Assembly (NCBI GenBank): GCA_945872795.1
Contig: CAMCAZ010000002.1
Span: 65,298 to 129,297, forward strand
Direction of reading: 5' to 3'
DNA from: Chryseobacterium gleum
GTDB taxonomy: Bacteria > Bacteroidota > Bacteroidia > Flavobacteriales_F > PHOS-HE28
DNA: 64,000 nucleotides
A model generated the notes under the pieces. That model did not search any database. It had not been told where the DNA came from and saw only the letters and a list, made by a program, of their open reading frames with translations. A program made the position numbers and the translations under genes. Below are positions 8,581 to 16,455 of the stretch, one piece after another; positions within the stretch are counted from its first letter, which is position 1; each line of letters starts with the position of its first letter.

Positions 8581-8619
8581 AAAAGCCCCCCAGCGGCCAT
8601 GCGGCCGTGGGGGGCTTTT
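8581..8619. terminator. Bidirectional intrinsic terminator
   Basis: AAAAGCCCCCCA...TGGGGGGCTTTT between convergent genes. Confidence 0.8.
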
Positions 8620-8631
8620 CACTGGAATGAC

Positions 8632-10428
8632 TTACTGGAGCGTTACACGCTCGGTCAGGGTGCCACGCTCGTTGAAGATACGAACGGTGTATACGCCCTT
8701 GGCCAGTTCGCTCAGGTCCATGGTGCTCGTGCCATTGATACGGGCAGTGCGCACCAGTTCACCGGTCACGTTCATCACGTCCACGTTGAAGACCTCGTTC
8801 TCCGACGTGCGGATGTTCACCAGGCCGTTCGTCGGGTTCGGGAACATGCTCACACCCTCCAGGGCGTTGTTCTCACCCACGCTGATCTGGATCGGCTCCG
8901 TGATCAGACGCACGGCAGATGCCACACCATTGGTGTACAGGTTATCGTTCGGGATGTAGATCAGGCTGCCTCCGCCAGGCTGGGGAACGGTCTGGTCATC
9001 CAATACACGGATCGTGCCTGCACCGGCATTGCTGTTCAGGATGACATTGGCGTAGTAGCCACCAGGCTGAAGCGTGAAGGACGAGTTGAACAGGACGCGA
9101 ATGGCCCCGTTGTTCAGGTCGCTCTGCACCAGGTCATAGGTCTCGGTCTCCGCGATCGGGTTGTTCAAGATCGGTGTGGCGGCGAACACATCGGCGGTGT
9201 CGAGGATGTTGGCCACGATGAAACCACCGAGCACAGTACCGTTGGCAGGGATGATCTCGATGCCGTACACATCCAAGGGAGCGATCACCTCATAGTAGGT
9301 CATCACTTGCAGGCCGTCCTCAGCTCCTTCGAAGCTGTTGGTGCCCAGTGAGTTCAGTACCTCGTAACCTTCGGGGTGGTTGTCGATGCCATCGAGGGAG
9401 TAACGGTCCTCCGAGATCGCGAAGGCACGCAGGAACACGTTGTTCGCCAAGTTGGCGTCCTGGTCGTCTTCAGCGCTGGTGGCGGTGAAGGTGGCCGTGT
9501 AGACACCCGTGGCCAATGCGGGCAGGGTCAGGTCCTCTTCCAAGGACCCGGTTGCACCGGAGGCCAGGCTGGCCACCGTGGTGGATGATGTGAAGACCAC
9601 TTCATTCGCAGTGTTGCGGACCTCCATTACCACGTTCACGTCGGTGAGCTCACTGGCGCCGTTGTTCAGGAAGGTGCCACCCACCAGCATGGTGGGGTTC
9701 AGCTGGCTGGCAGGGATGCGGCCGTACTCCTCACCGGTGCCGGTGTGGGTCAGGTAACCGTCCACCATCACCAGGTCGTAGGGGACCTGTTCTGCGATGC
9801 ACACATCGTCCACCATCCAGGCGTAATCGCAACCGCCCACATAGCGGAAGCGCACCCATACGGAACCTTGGTTGCCCGCAGTGGCGGAGATGTTCAGCTC
9901 GAACAGTTGTGGGTTGGCGGTCGCGGCGTTCACAGCCACGTTCTCGTTCACGGCGTATTCTGTCCACGTGCTTCCATCATTGCTGACATCCACGAAGCAG
10001 AAGCCCTGGAATGCACGATAGTACTGCTCGAACTGCAGTACCACGTTATTGACCCCTTGCAGGTCAACGGGGGTGGCCATCTGCACGAAGGCGTTCTGGC
10101 TGCCGCTGCAGAGCAGGTCACTGTCGAACAGCGCAAAGCCGTTGGCAGCGGTGGTGGAGGCGATACCGGCGATGGCGAATGGTCCATCGGGGACCGTAGT
10201 GCCGATCACCCAGCTATCGGTGGTACCATCCAAGGTGCCGAGCTCCCAGTTGGCAGCGTTGGAGAAGTCGTCGCACCAGATCGTGCTGCCACGCTCTGAG
10301 CTTTGGGTGGCCACCCGGTCCATGGTGGGCTTGTAACGGTATTCCAGCGGAAGCTGGCTCTTGGACTGCGCCATCACACCCGTTCCGGTGATCAGGAGGC
10401 CCAAGGCGGCGGAGTACACTTTTTTCAT
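8632..10428 (-). CDS. T9SS type A sorting domain-containing secreted protein (paralog 1)
   Basis: Signal peptide; MAM/cleaved-adhesin-like N-domain; Ig-like middle; CTD MFPNPTNG...LSELAKGVYTVRI...ERVTLQ. Confidence 0.88.
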   Translation of the reverse strand: MKKVYSAALGLLITGTGVMAQSKSQLPLEYRYKPTMDRVATQSSERGSTIWCDDFSNAANWELGTLDGTTDSWVIGTTVPDGPFAIAGIASTTAANGFALFDSDLLCSGSQNAFVQMATPVDLQGVNNVVLQFEQYYRAFQGFCFVDVSNDGSTWTEYAVNENVAVNAATANPQLFELNISATAGNQGSVWVRFRYVGGCDYAWMVDDVCIAEQVPYDLVMVDGYLTHTGTGEEYGRIPASQLNPTMLVGGTFLNNGASELTDVNVVMEVRNTANEVVFTSSTTVASLASGATGSLEEDLTLPALATGVYTATFTATSAEDDQDANLANNVFLRAFAISEDRYSLDGIDNHPEGYEVLNSLGTNSFEGAEDGLQVMTYYEVIAPLDVYGIEIIPANGTVLGGFIVANILDTADVFAATPILNNPIAETETYDLVQSDLNNGAIRVLFNSSFTLQPGGYYANVILNSNAGAGTIRVLDDQTVPQPGGGSLIYIPNDNLYTNGVASAVRLITEPIQISVGENNALEGVSMFPNPTNGLVNIRTSENEVFNVDVMNVTGELVRTARINGTSTMDLSELAKGVYTVRIFNERGTLTERVTLQ

Positions 10429-10561
10429 GGGTACAGAGTTCGTTTAAGTTGGTCGGATCTCGGGGTAAAGATAACCGATCGGCACACTTTTCTCGAGCCG
10501 AGGAGATACCGTTCCCTGCTCCAATGCACCCTTCCTGCAACACAGGTGGGTGTCTATGCAC

Positions 10562-10599
10562 GAAGCCCGACCGGGCGGAGGACCGCTCGATCGGGCTTC
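10562..10599 (-). terminator. Stem-loop downstream of paralog 2 (probable terminator)
   Basis: GAAGCCCGA...TCGGGCTTC inverted repeat; weak U-tract. Confidence 0.55.
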
Positions 10600-10615
10600 A
10601 TACTGTAAGCTCAGC

Positions 10616-12400
10616 TTACTGCAGTGTGATGCGCTGGGCCGAACTTCCGTTCGTCCCCACCACACGCAGGGTGTATACCCCTTTGGCAAGTCCGCTCAGG
10701 TCGATCGTGTTCGAGCCTTGGACCGTGCTGTTGTGCACGAGCTCACCCGCCACGTTCAGGACCTCCACCACTTGGGTGTCGTTCCCGGACACCCGGATGT
10801 TCACCAGACCGGTGCTCGGGTTCGGGAAGACCTGGGCCAGTGTGCTCGTTGCCGTTTCGCTGACACCGCTGTTGATGGGCTCGGTGAGCAGACGGATCGC
10901 AAGGGCATTGCCGTTGGAGAACACCTGGTCGTTCGGGATGAAGATGGCGCTTGCCACGTTGGGCTGGGGCACCGTAAGGTCGTCCACGACGCGGATATGA
11001 CCGGCTCCGGCGTTGCTGTTCATGGTCACTGCCGCGAAGTAGCCACCGGGTTGTACGGTCGTCACGTTCGGGAACAGCACCTGCACCACACCCGAGGAGA
11101 CGTTCTCCGCATTGATGTCGTAGGCGTCGCTTTCCACCACCGGGTTCGTGAACAGGGGAACGGCGGCGAACACATCGGCCGTGTCCAGGATGCTCGTCGT
11201 CACGAAACCGCCCGTGACCGTCGCGGATGTGATCAGGAATTCGATGCCGTATACTTCCACCGGCTCGATGACCTCATAGTAGGTCATCACCACGAGACCG
11301 TCCTCACCACCGTCGAAGGAATTGGTGCCCAGCGAACCCAGCAGCTCCGTGCCGGCCGGGTGCAGACCCACGGCATCCAGGGAGTAGCGGCCGCTGTTCA
11401 CTTCGAACACGCGCACTTTGGCGTTGTTGGCCGTGTTGGCATCGCTGGCCTGTTGATCGCTCGTTACGGTGAGCGTGGCGGTGTAGAGTGCATCGTCCAG
11501 CGCAGGCAGGGTCACGAACTCCTCCATGAAGAAGGAGGTGTTGGCGGCCAATGTCCCGATGTTCGTGGTGGCGGTGAAGGCCACGACGTCGTCGGGGTTC
11601 CGCACTTCCATGGTGGCGACCACGTTGGTCTGTTGCTGCGAACCGTCGTTCTTCAGTTCACCGCCTACCAGCATGGTATTGTTCAGCTGCGATGCAGGGA
11701 TCCGGCCGTACTCCTCACCGGTGCCGGTGTGGCTCAGGAAGGCGCTCACGGCGATCATGTCGAACTGGAACTGTTCCACAACGGCGATGTTGTCCACCTG
11801 CCAGCCGTAGTCCCAGCTGGCCTCGTAACGGAACCGGAGCTGTACGTTGGCAGGGTTCACGGCCACCCAATCGGTAATGCTCACCTCCACCACTTCAGGG
11901 TTCGGGCGGCCTTCGCGGCCCACCCCGTCATTGATCTCCACTTCGTTCCAGGTGGCGCCGCCGTCGGTGCTCACGCCCACGAAGGTGGCATCGGCCTGGA
12001 ATTCCTGGAAATACTGGTCGAAACGCACACGCAGGTTCGTCGGGGCGCTGGACAGGTCAATGACGGGTGAGATCAGCGAGGCATTGGTCTGCTGGCCGCT
12101 GGTGCCATCGAAGTCATCATCAATGATGGCCCATCCGCTCGGCGTGCTGGTGTTCAGCGGGGGAACAGGGTAGGTGGAGGACGTGGTGCCCGGTCCGACA
12201 TCCGTCCATTTCCAGTCCACCACACCCACTTCGGTCACGGACGACCAGCCGTTCAGGTCAGCATCGAAGGACTCGGAATAGAAGGAAACACCTTTCTGGT
12301 GTGCATTGGCCACGTTCGTGGCTGTACCATGCGTTCGCACCTGCTGCGCGAAAGCGAGAATGGGTAGGACAAGGGCAACTGCAGCGTAGATCTTTTTCAT
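10616..12400 (-). CDS. T9SS type A sorting domain-containing secreted protein (paralog 2)
   Basis: Start MKKIYAAVAL at ATG 12400; shared HTGTGEEYGRIP motif; CTD VFPNPSTG...LAKGVYTLRV. Confidence 0.88.
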   Translation of the reverse strand: MKKIYAAVALVLPILAFAQQVRTHGTATNVANAHQKGVSFYSESFDADLNGWSSVTEVGVVDWKWTDVGPGTTSSTYPVPPLNTSTPSGWAIIDDDFDGTSGQQTNASLISPVIDLSSAPTNLRVRFDQYFQEFQADATFVGVSTDGGATWNEVEINDGVGREGRPNPEVVEVSITDWVAVNPANVQLRFRYEASWDYGWQVDNIAVVEQFQFDMIAVSAFLSHTGTGEEYGRIPASQLNNTMLVGGELKNDGSQQQTNVVATMEVRNPDDVVAFTATTNIGTLAANTSFFMEEFVTLPALDDALYTATLTVTSDQQASDANTANNAKVRVFEVNSGRYSLDAVGLHPAGTELLGSLGTNSFDGGEDGLVVMTYYEVIEPVEVYGIEFLITSATVTGGFVTTSILDTADVFAAVPLFTNPVVESDAYDINAENVSSGVVQVLFPNVTTVQPGGYFAAVTMNSNAGAGHIRVVDDLTVPQPNVASAIFIPNDQVFSNGNALAIRLLTEPINSGVSETATSTLAQVFPNPSTGLVNIRVSGNDTQVVEVLNVAGELVHNSTVQGSNTIDLSGLAKGVYTLRVVGTNGSSAQRITLQ

Positions 12401-12521
12401 GCTTGAGAGGGATTGGAGTGACGAATATAGATCTCTCCGCCGCTGTCCCGGATGCAAAACCATCCGCTGTTCACCACGGACCGGACCGTTCGCCCCCTTA
12501 CTCTGCTTCCCGTGCACCACG

Positions 12522-12557
12522 AAAAAGCCCCCGACACCTTGCGGTGCCGGAGGCTTT
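12522..12557 (-). terminator. Intrinsic terminator of paralog 3
   Basis: AAAAAGCCCCCG...CGGAGGCTTT stem with U-tract on the minus strand. Confidence 0.7.
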
Positions 12558-12574
12558 ATACTGATCGGTCAGAA

Positions 12575-14440
12575 TCACTGCAGCGTGATACGCTCCACCA
12601 TGCTGCCTTCAGCATTGTAGATGCGCACCATGTATACACCCTTCGCTTCACCGTTCAGGTCGAGCGTAGTGCTGCCGTTGAAGGTACCCTGGCTCACCAC
12701 CTCGCCGAGGAGGTTGGTCACTTCCACGCTGTAGACACCGGCGTTCTCCGTGCGCACGTTCACCAGTCCGTTCGTCGGGTTCGGGAACATGGTCACACCC
12801 TGCAGCACTTCCGTGTCGTTGACACTTACGTTCTGGGTGAGCAGCAAACGGATGGACATGCCATTACCATTGGTGTACACCTGGTCGCCGGGGATGTAGA
12901 TCACGGTCATGGCGTTCGGCTGTGGAACGGTGGCATCATCGAGGATGCGGATCTGGCTGGCGTTCTGGTTGCTGAACAGGGTCACAGCGGCATAGTAACC
13001 GTTGGGGTTCAGCGCAACTGGAGCGTTGAACAGCACGCGCACCCGACCGGCAGCGATATCAGCCGCAGTGACGTCGTACGCATCGCTCTCTGCGATGGGG
13101 TTGGTCACCACGTTGGCGAACACATCGGCGGTATCCAGGAGGCTCACCGTCACATAACCACCTACCGTGGTGGTGGTGGTGGTCAGGAACTCGATCCCGT
13201 AAACCGTCAGGGGCGAAACCATTTCATAGTAGTTCATGATCGCCAGACCATCAGCAGCGTCGGTGAAGCTGTTGGTGCCGATGGAGCTCAAGATCTGGTA
13301 GCCTTCCGGGTGGTTGCCGATACCGTCCACGGTGTAGACGTTGTCGTTCACCTCGAAACGACGCAGGAAGGTGTTGTCCGATGGGTCGTCATCGGGGGTA
13401 TCAGCGCTGACCGTGAAGGTGCCCGTGTAGAGACCGTTGGCCAAGGAAGGAAGGTTGACGAACTCCTCCAAAGCATCCGTTGCGCCGGAGGCCATGACAG
13501 GGATGTTCTTCACAGCCGTGAACACCTCGGTGCCACCGCTGTTCGTCACGCTCAGGTTGATGACCACGTTGGTCTGCTCCACACTGCCCGAGTTGGTGAT
13601 ACCACCACCCACCAGCATGGTGGGGTTCAACTGTGCCGTTGGGATGCGACCGTACTCCTCACCGGTTCCGGTGTGGGTCAGGTAGCCATCCTCCATGGTC
13701 ATGTTGTTGGGGAACAGCTCCACCACCTCCACGTCATCGATCTGCCAGTGGTAGTGCGATGCGGTTGGGCTGTGCTTGAAGCGGAACTTCACGTTACCAG
13801 CGTTGCCGGCGATGGCGCTACTGATGTTGATCCGGGTCTCCTGGGTGCCGCTGTCATCATTGGCGTTGAAGATGCCCGACGTGGGGAAGGTGATGGGCCA
13901 TGAGGCACCACCGTCCAAGCTCAACTCGAGGGAGTGTGGGGAAGCGGCCTGGCAGCACCAGCGGAAACGCTGGGAGAACTTCACCTCCACGAAAGGTGAA
14001 GCGCTAAGGTCCAGCACAGGGGACTCCAAGGCGGCGTCCCACTCCGTTGGTGAAGGAACGATCACGGGTGGGGTGACACTGAAATTGGCATTGGCGGAAT
14101 CACCGGCAAAGATCATGAAGCCGTTGGCCACCGTGGGCGAGGCCACGCGCTGACCCGTGTTCGAGTAAGCACCGGTAGGGCCGTACAAGGTGAAACGCCA
14201 GATGTTGGCATGTTCGCCCGAAGTGGTCCATTCGCCGAAGCCATTGTTGCCGGACAGGCCGTTCGCGAAATCCTCGGAGAACACCACATCACGCTGGGCA
14301 CCGCTGGCCTGGCTGGACGTGTTGCGCACACCGAAGCTGTCGTCGTTCTTCTGCAGACGTGCAGGGAATGGGCTCGCCTGCTGTGCCATGCAGGTGCCCG
14401 CAATGGCCGTAGCCAAGATCAGGGAGTAGCGTTTGTTCAT
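12575..14440 (-). CDS. T9SS type A sorting domain-containing secreted protein (paralog 3)
   Basis: Start MNKRYSLIL at ATG 14440; HTGTGEEYGRIP; CTD MFPNPTNG...KGVYMVRI. Confidence 0.88.
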   Translation of the reverse strand: MNKRYSLILATAIAGTCMAQQASPFPARLQKNDDSFGVRNTSSQASGAQRDVVFSEDFANGLSGNNGFGEWTTSGEHANIWRFTLYGPTGAYSNTGQRVASPTVANGFMIFAGDSANANFSVTPPVIVPSPTEWDAALESPVLDLSASPFVEVKFSQRFRWCCQAASPHSLELSLDGGASWPITFPTSGIFNANDDSGTQETRINISSAIAGNAGNVKFRFKHSPTASHYHWQIDDVEVVELFPNNMTMEDGYLTHTGTGEEYGRIPTAQLNPTMLVGGGITNSGSVEQTNVVINLSVTNSGGTEVFTAVKNIPVMASGATDALEEFVNLPSLANGLYTGTFTVSADTPDDDPSDNTFLRRFEVNDNVYTVDGIGNHPEGYQILSSIGTNSFTDAADGLAIMNYYEMVSPLTVYGIEFLTTTTTTVGGYVTVSLLDTADVFANVVTNPIAESDAYDVTAADIAAGRVRVLFNAPVALNPNGYYAAVTLFSNQNASQIRILDDATVPQPNAMTVIYIPGDQVYTNGNGMSIRLLLTQNVSVNDTEVLQGVTMFPNPTNGLVNVRTENAGVYSVEVTNLLGEVVSQGTFNGSTTLDLNGEAKGVYMVRIYNAEGSMVERITLQ

Positions 14441-14574
14441 TGTTCGCTGGGTTTTTCCGTTTGATGGAGAGCCGAAGTTAGGAGTTTCTTCTGATGGTCC
14501 GTTCAGTTGAGGTTCAAAAGTGGACCTCCGTTCGGTGACAGAGAAAAGGTATTGCTTGAGATCCTGAGGGCCGC

Positions 14575-16359
14575 TTAATGCACGATCGTGAACCTGCCGG
14601 ACCAATGCGACCCGTGGGTTCCAATGACCAGCAAGTAACTGCCGTTGGGCAGCACCTCCGTGTTCAGCTCACCTTCCCGGCCACTTGACCGGACCACAGA
14701 GCTGTGGGTGCGTGACCATTCCCGCCCCGTGGCATCCAGCACACGGACCATAAAGTCCGTCCCGGCATCAGCTGGAAGCGAGAAGTACAAGCGGTCGGAG
14801 GCCGGTGAGGGGAACACGCGCAGCAGGGAGGCCGCACGGTCGGGACCATCGATGCCCACGCCGTAAGCGCTGTAATGAAGGCGCACCATGGGAGACTCGC
14901 GCGGGTACTCCACCTCGAAGATCGATCCGAGCATCAGGAGCGATGCGCCGGGAGCATTGTTGCCACTGGTGGCGATGTACAGGCTGCCACCCTGACCCAG
15001 GAACTGGATGCCCGCGAAATGGTCGCCGGACAAGGTCGCCCCATTGACCAGCGGCAGGTATAAGGGGATGCCCGCACCGATGTTCGCCAGGTCTTCTTCG
15101 GTGATCGTATGGCGTTCCGTGGTATCCACGAATGCGAGGTTCGCATCGAAGAGGATGCCCCGCACCTGGGCACCGACCGTGGTCCCGTTCCCCAGTAGCG
15201 CACTGATGCCGGCCGGTGCGATCGGCAGGCTTACAAGCTCCATCCGGCTGCAGGCCACGAATTCCTCCTCACCACCCAGCAGTCCTTCGGCAGGTCCGGC
15301 CAGCATGGCCATCGCGCCATAGCGGTTCTCCCAACCTGCTCCGGTGATGTGGATGACGGACATCCCGGAATTGTCGTTCGTGTCGTCGTCCGGGCCGTCG
15401 GCTGTGCCCAGCATGTTCAGGTCGACAGCACCCAAGGCTGTCGGCGTCCAATCGGTGGGTATCCGCACCAACACCTCCTCGCCGGGCATCAGACTGTCCA
15501 CCACGGCACTCGTGAACGGACCGAACTCCTGGCCATCGTGAAGGATCGTTGTCGACACGGTCACATTGCGCAGGGTCCCGGTGCCGGAGTTGCGGACATC
15601 CGCCGATACGGTGAGCGCCTCCACCTGCTCCAAGGGGATCTCGGTGTAGCGCAAGGTGCGTTCAGCGGCGTTGAAGGGGGAAGGTGCCGGGTCATGGGGA
15701 TACACCGCCACGATGCTCAGGTCCTGCGCAAGCCGCTGCCTCACGCACACATCATCCACGGCGATGCCGCTGGCCCAGACCCCACCATCGTTCCACCGGA
15801 ACCGGAGCCGGGCCGAGGTCGATCCACTGAGCGCGGAAAGGTCCACGAACAACCGCTGCCATTCGCCCTCCACAGCGGGGATGGTCAACAACAGGTTCCA
15901 TGCAGTGCCGTCCGTGGTCCCTTCGATGATGGCCTCGCCACTGCCGAAGCGCTGGTCGTGGAACACCCGGCATTCCAGGACGTGGTCCGCACCGATACTG
16001 AGGTCCAGGACCGGCGTGGTCAGCGTCACATCCTCCATGGCGCAGTCGCAGGGAGCCGCGTCGTCGTTGGCCATGAAGAAGCGGTTGCCCACGGGCTCGT
16101 TCGGCACCGGGAAGAAGCCGTTGGTGTTCGCCTCCGATGCAGTTCCCGTGCGCCATGCGTCAACGAGCTCGCCACTGCCGTCCAGGCGCAGGACCTGGGC
16201 GCCGATATCCCAGCCCGCCGGTGTTCCGCCTGCACTGAAGTCCTCGCTGAAGAGACAGGCCAATGCCTTGTCCTGGCCCCTGACCGTGGTCGACGTCAGC
16301 AGCAGGAGGAGTCCCGGGAGGGTGGTGGACCGTAAAGAAGGGAATGAAGAAAGTGCCAT
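14575..16359 (-). CDS. T9SS type A sorting domain-containing secreted protein (diverged paralog 4)
   Basis: FSEDF, LTTPVLDLS, LRFRW..G.W..GIAVDDV, YTEIPLEQV; CTD VFPSPASD...LPNGSYLLVI. Confidence 0.8.
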   Translation of the reverse strand: MALSSFPSLRSTTLPGLLLLLTSTTVRGQDKALACLFSEDFSAGGTPAGWDIGAQVLRLDGSGELVDAWRTGTASEANTNGFFPVPNEPVGNRFFMANDDAAPCDCAMEDVTLTTPVLDLSIGADHVLECRVFHDQRFGSGEAIIEGTTDGTAWNLLLTIPAVEGEWQRLFVDLSALSGSTSARLRFRWNDGGVWASGIAVDDVCVRQRLAQDLSIVAVYPHDPAPSPFNAAERTLRYTEIPLEQVEALTVSADVRNSGTGTLRNVTVSTTILHDGQEFGPFTSAVVDSLMPGEEVLVRIPTDWTPTALGAVDLNMLGTADGPDDDTNDNSGMSVIHITGAGWENRYGAMAMLAGPAEGLLGGEEEFVACSRMELVSLPIAPAGISALLGNGTTVGAQVRGILFDANLAFVDTTERHTITEEDLANIGAGIPLYLPLVNGATLSGDHFAGIQFLGQGGSLYIATSGNNAPGASLLMLGSIFEVEYPRESPMVRLHYSAYGVGIDGPDRAASLLRVFPSPASDRLYFSLPADAGTDFMVRVLDATGREWSRTHSSVVRSSGREGELNTEVLPNGSYLLVIGTHGSHWSGRFTIVH

Positions 16360-16405
16360 GGTCGGGGTGCGAAGGTACCGGTTAGGTGGACGGTCCGGAA
16401 AGGGG

Positions 16406-16439
16406 AAGGCCCCATGGTGTGGTCACACCATGGGGCCTT
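16406..16439 (-). terminator. Perfect 16-bp inverted repeat after gcvP (probable terminator)
   Basis: AAGGCCCCATGGTGTG-GT-CACACCATGGGGCCTT. Confidence 0.7.
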
Positions 16440-16455
16440 GATCCGCAGTTTCAAT

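Noticed and set aside
13167..13183. (GGT)n tract encoding poly-Thr as a phase-variation site
   Set aside because: Short triplet repeat that keeps the frame, and the segment has the same length as in the paralogs.
8632..14440. Repeated DNA blocks as CRISPR or IS ends
   Set aside because: They are in-frame conserved segments of paralogous CDSs about 2 kb apart.
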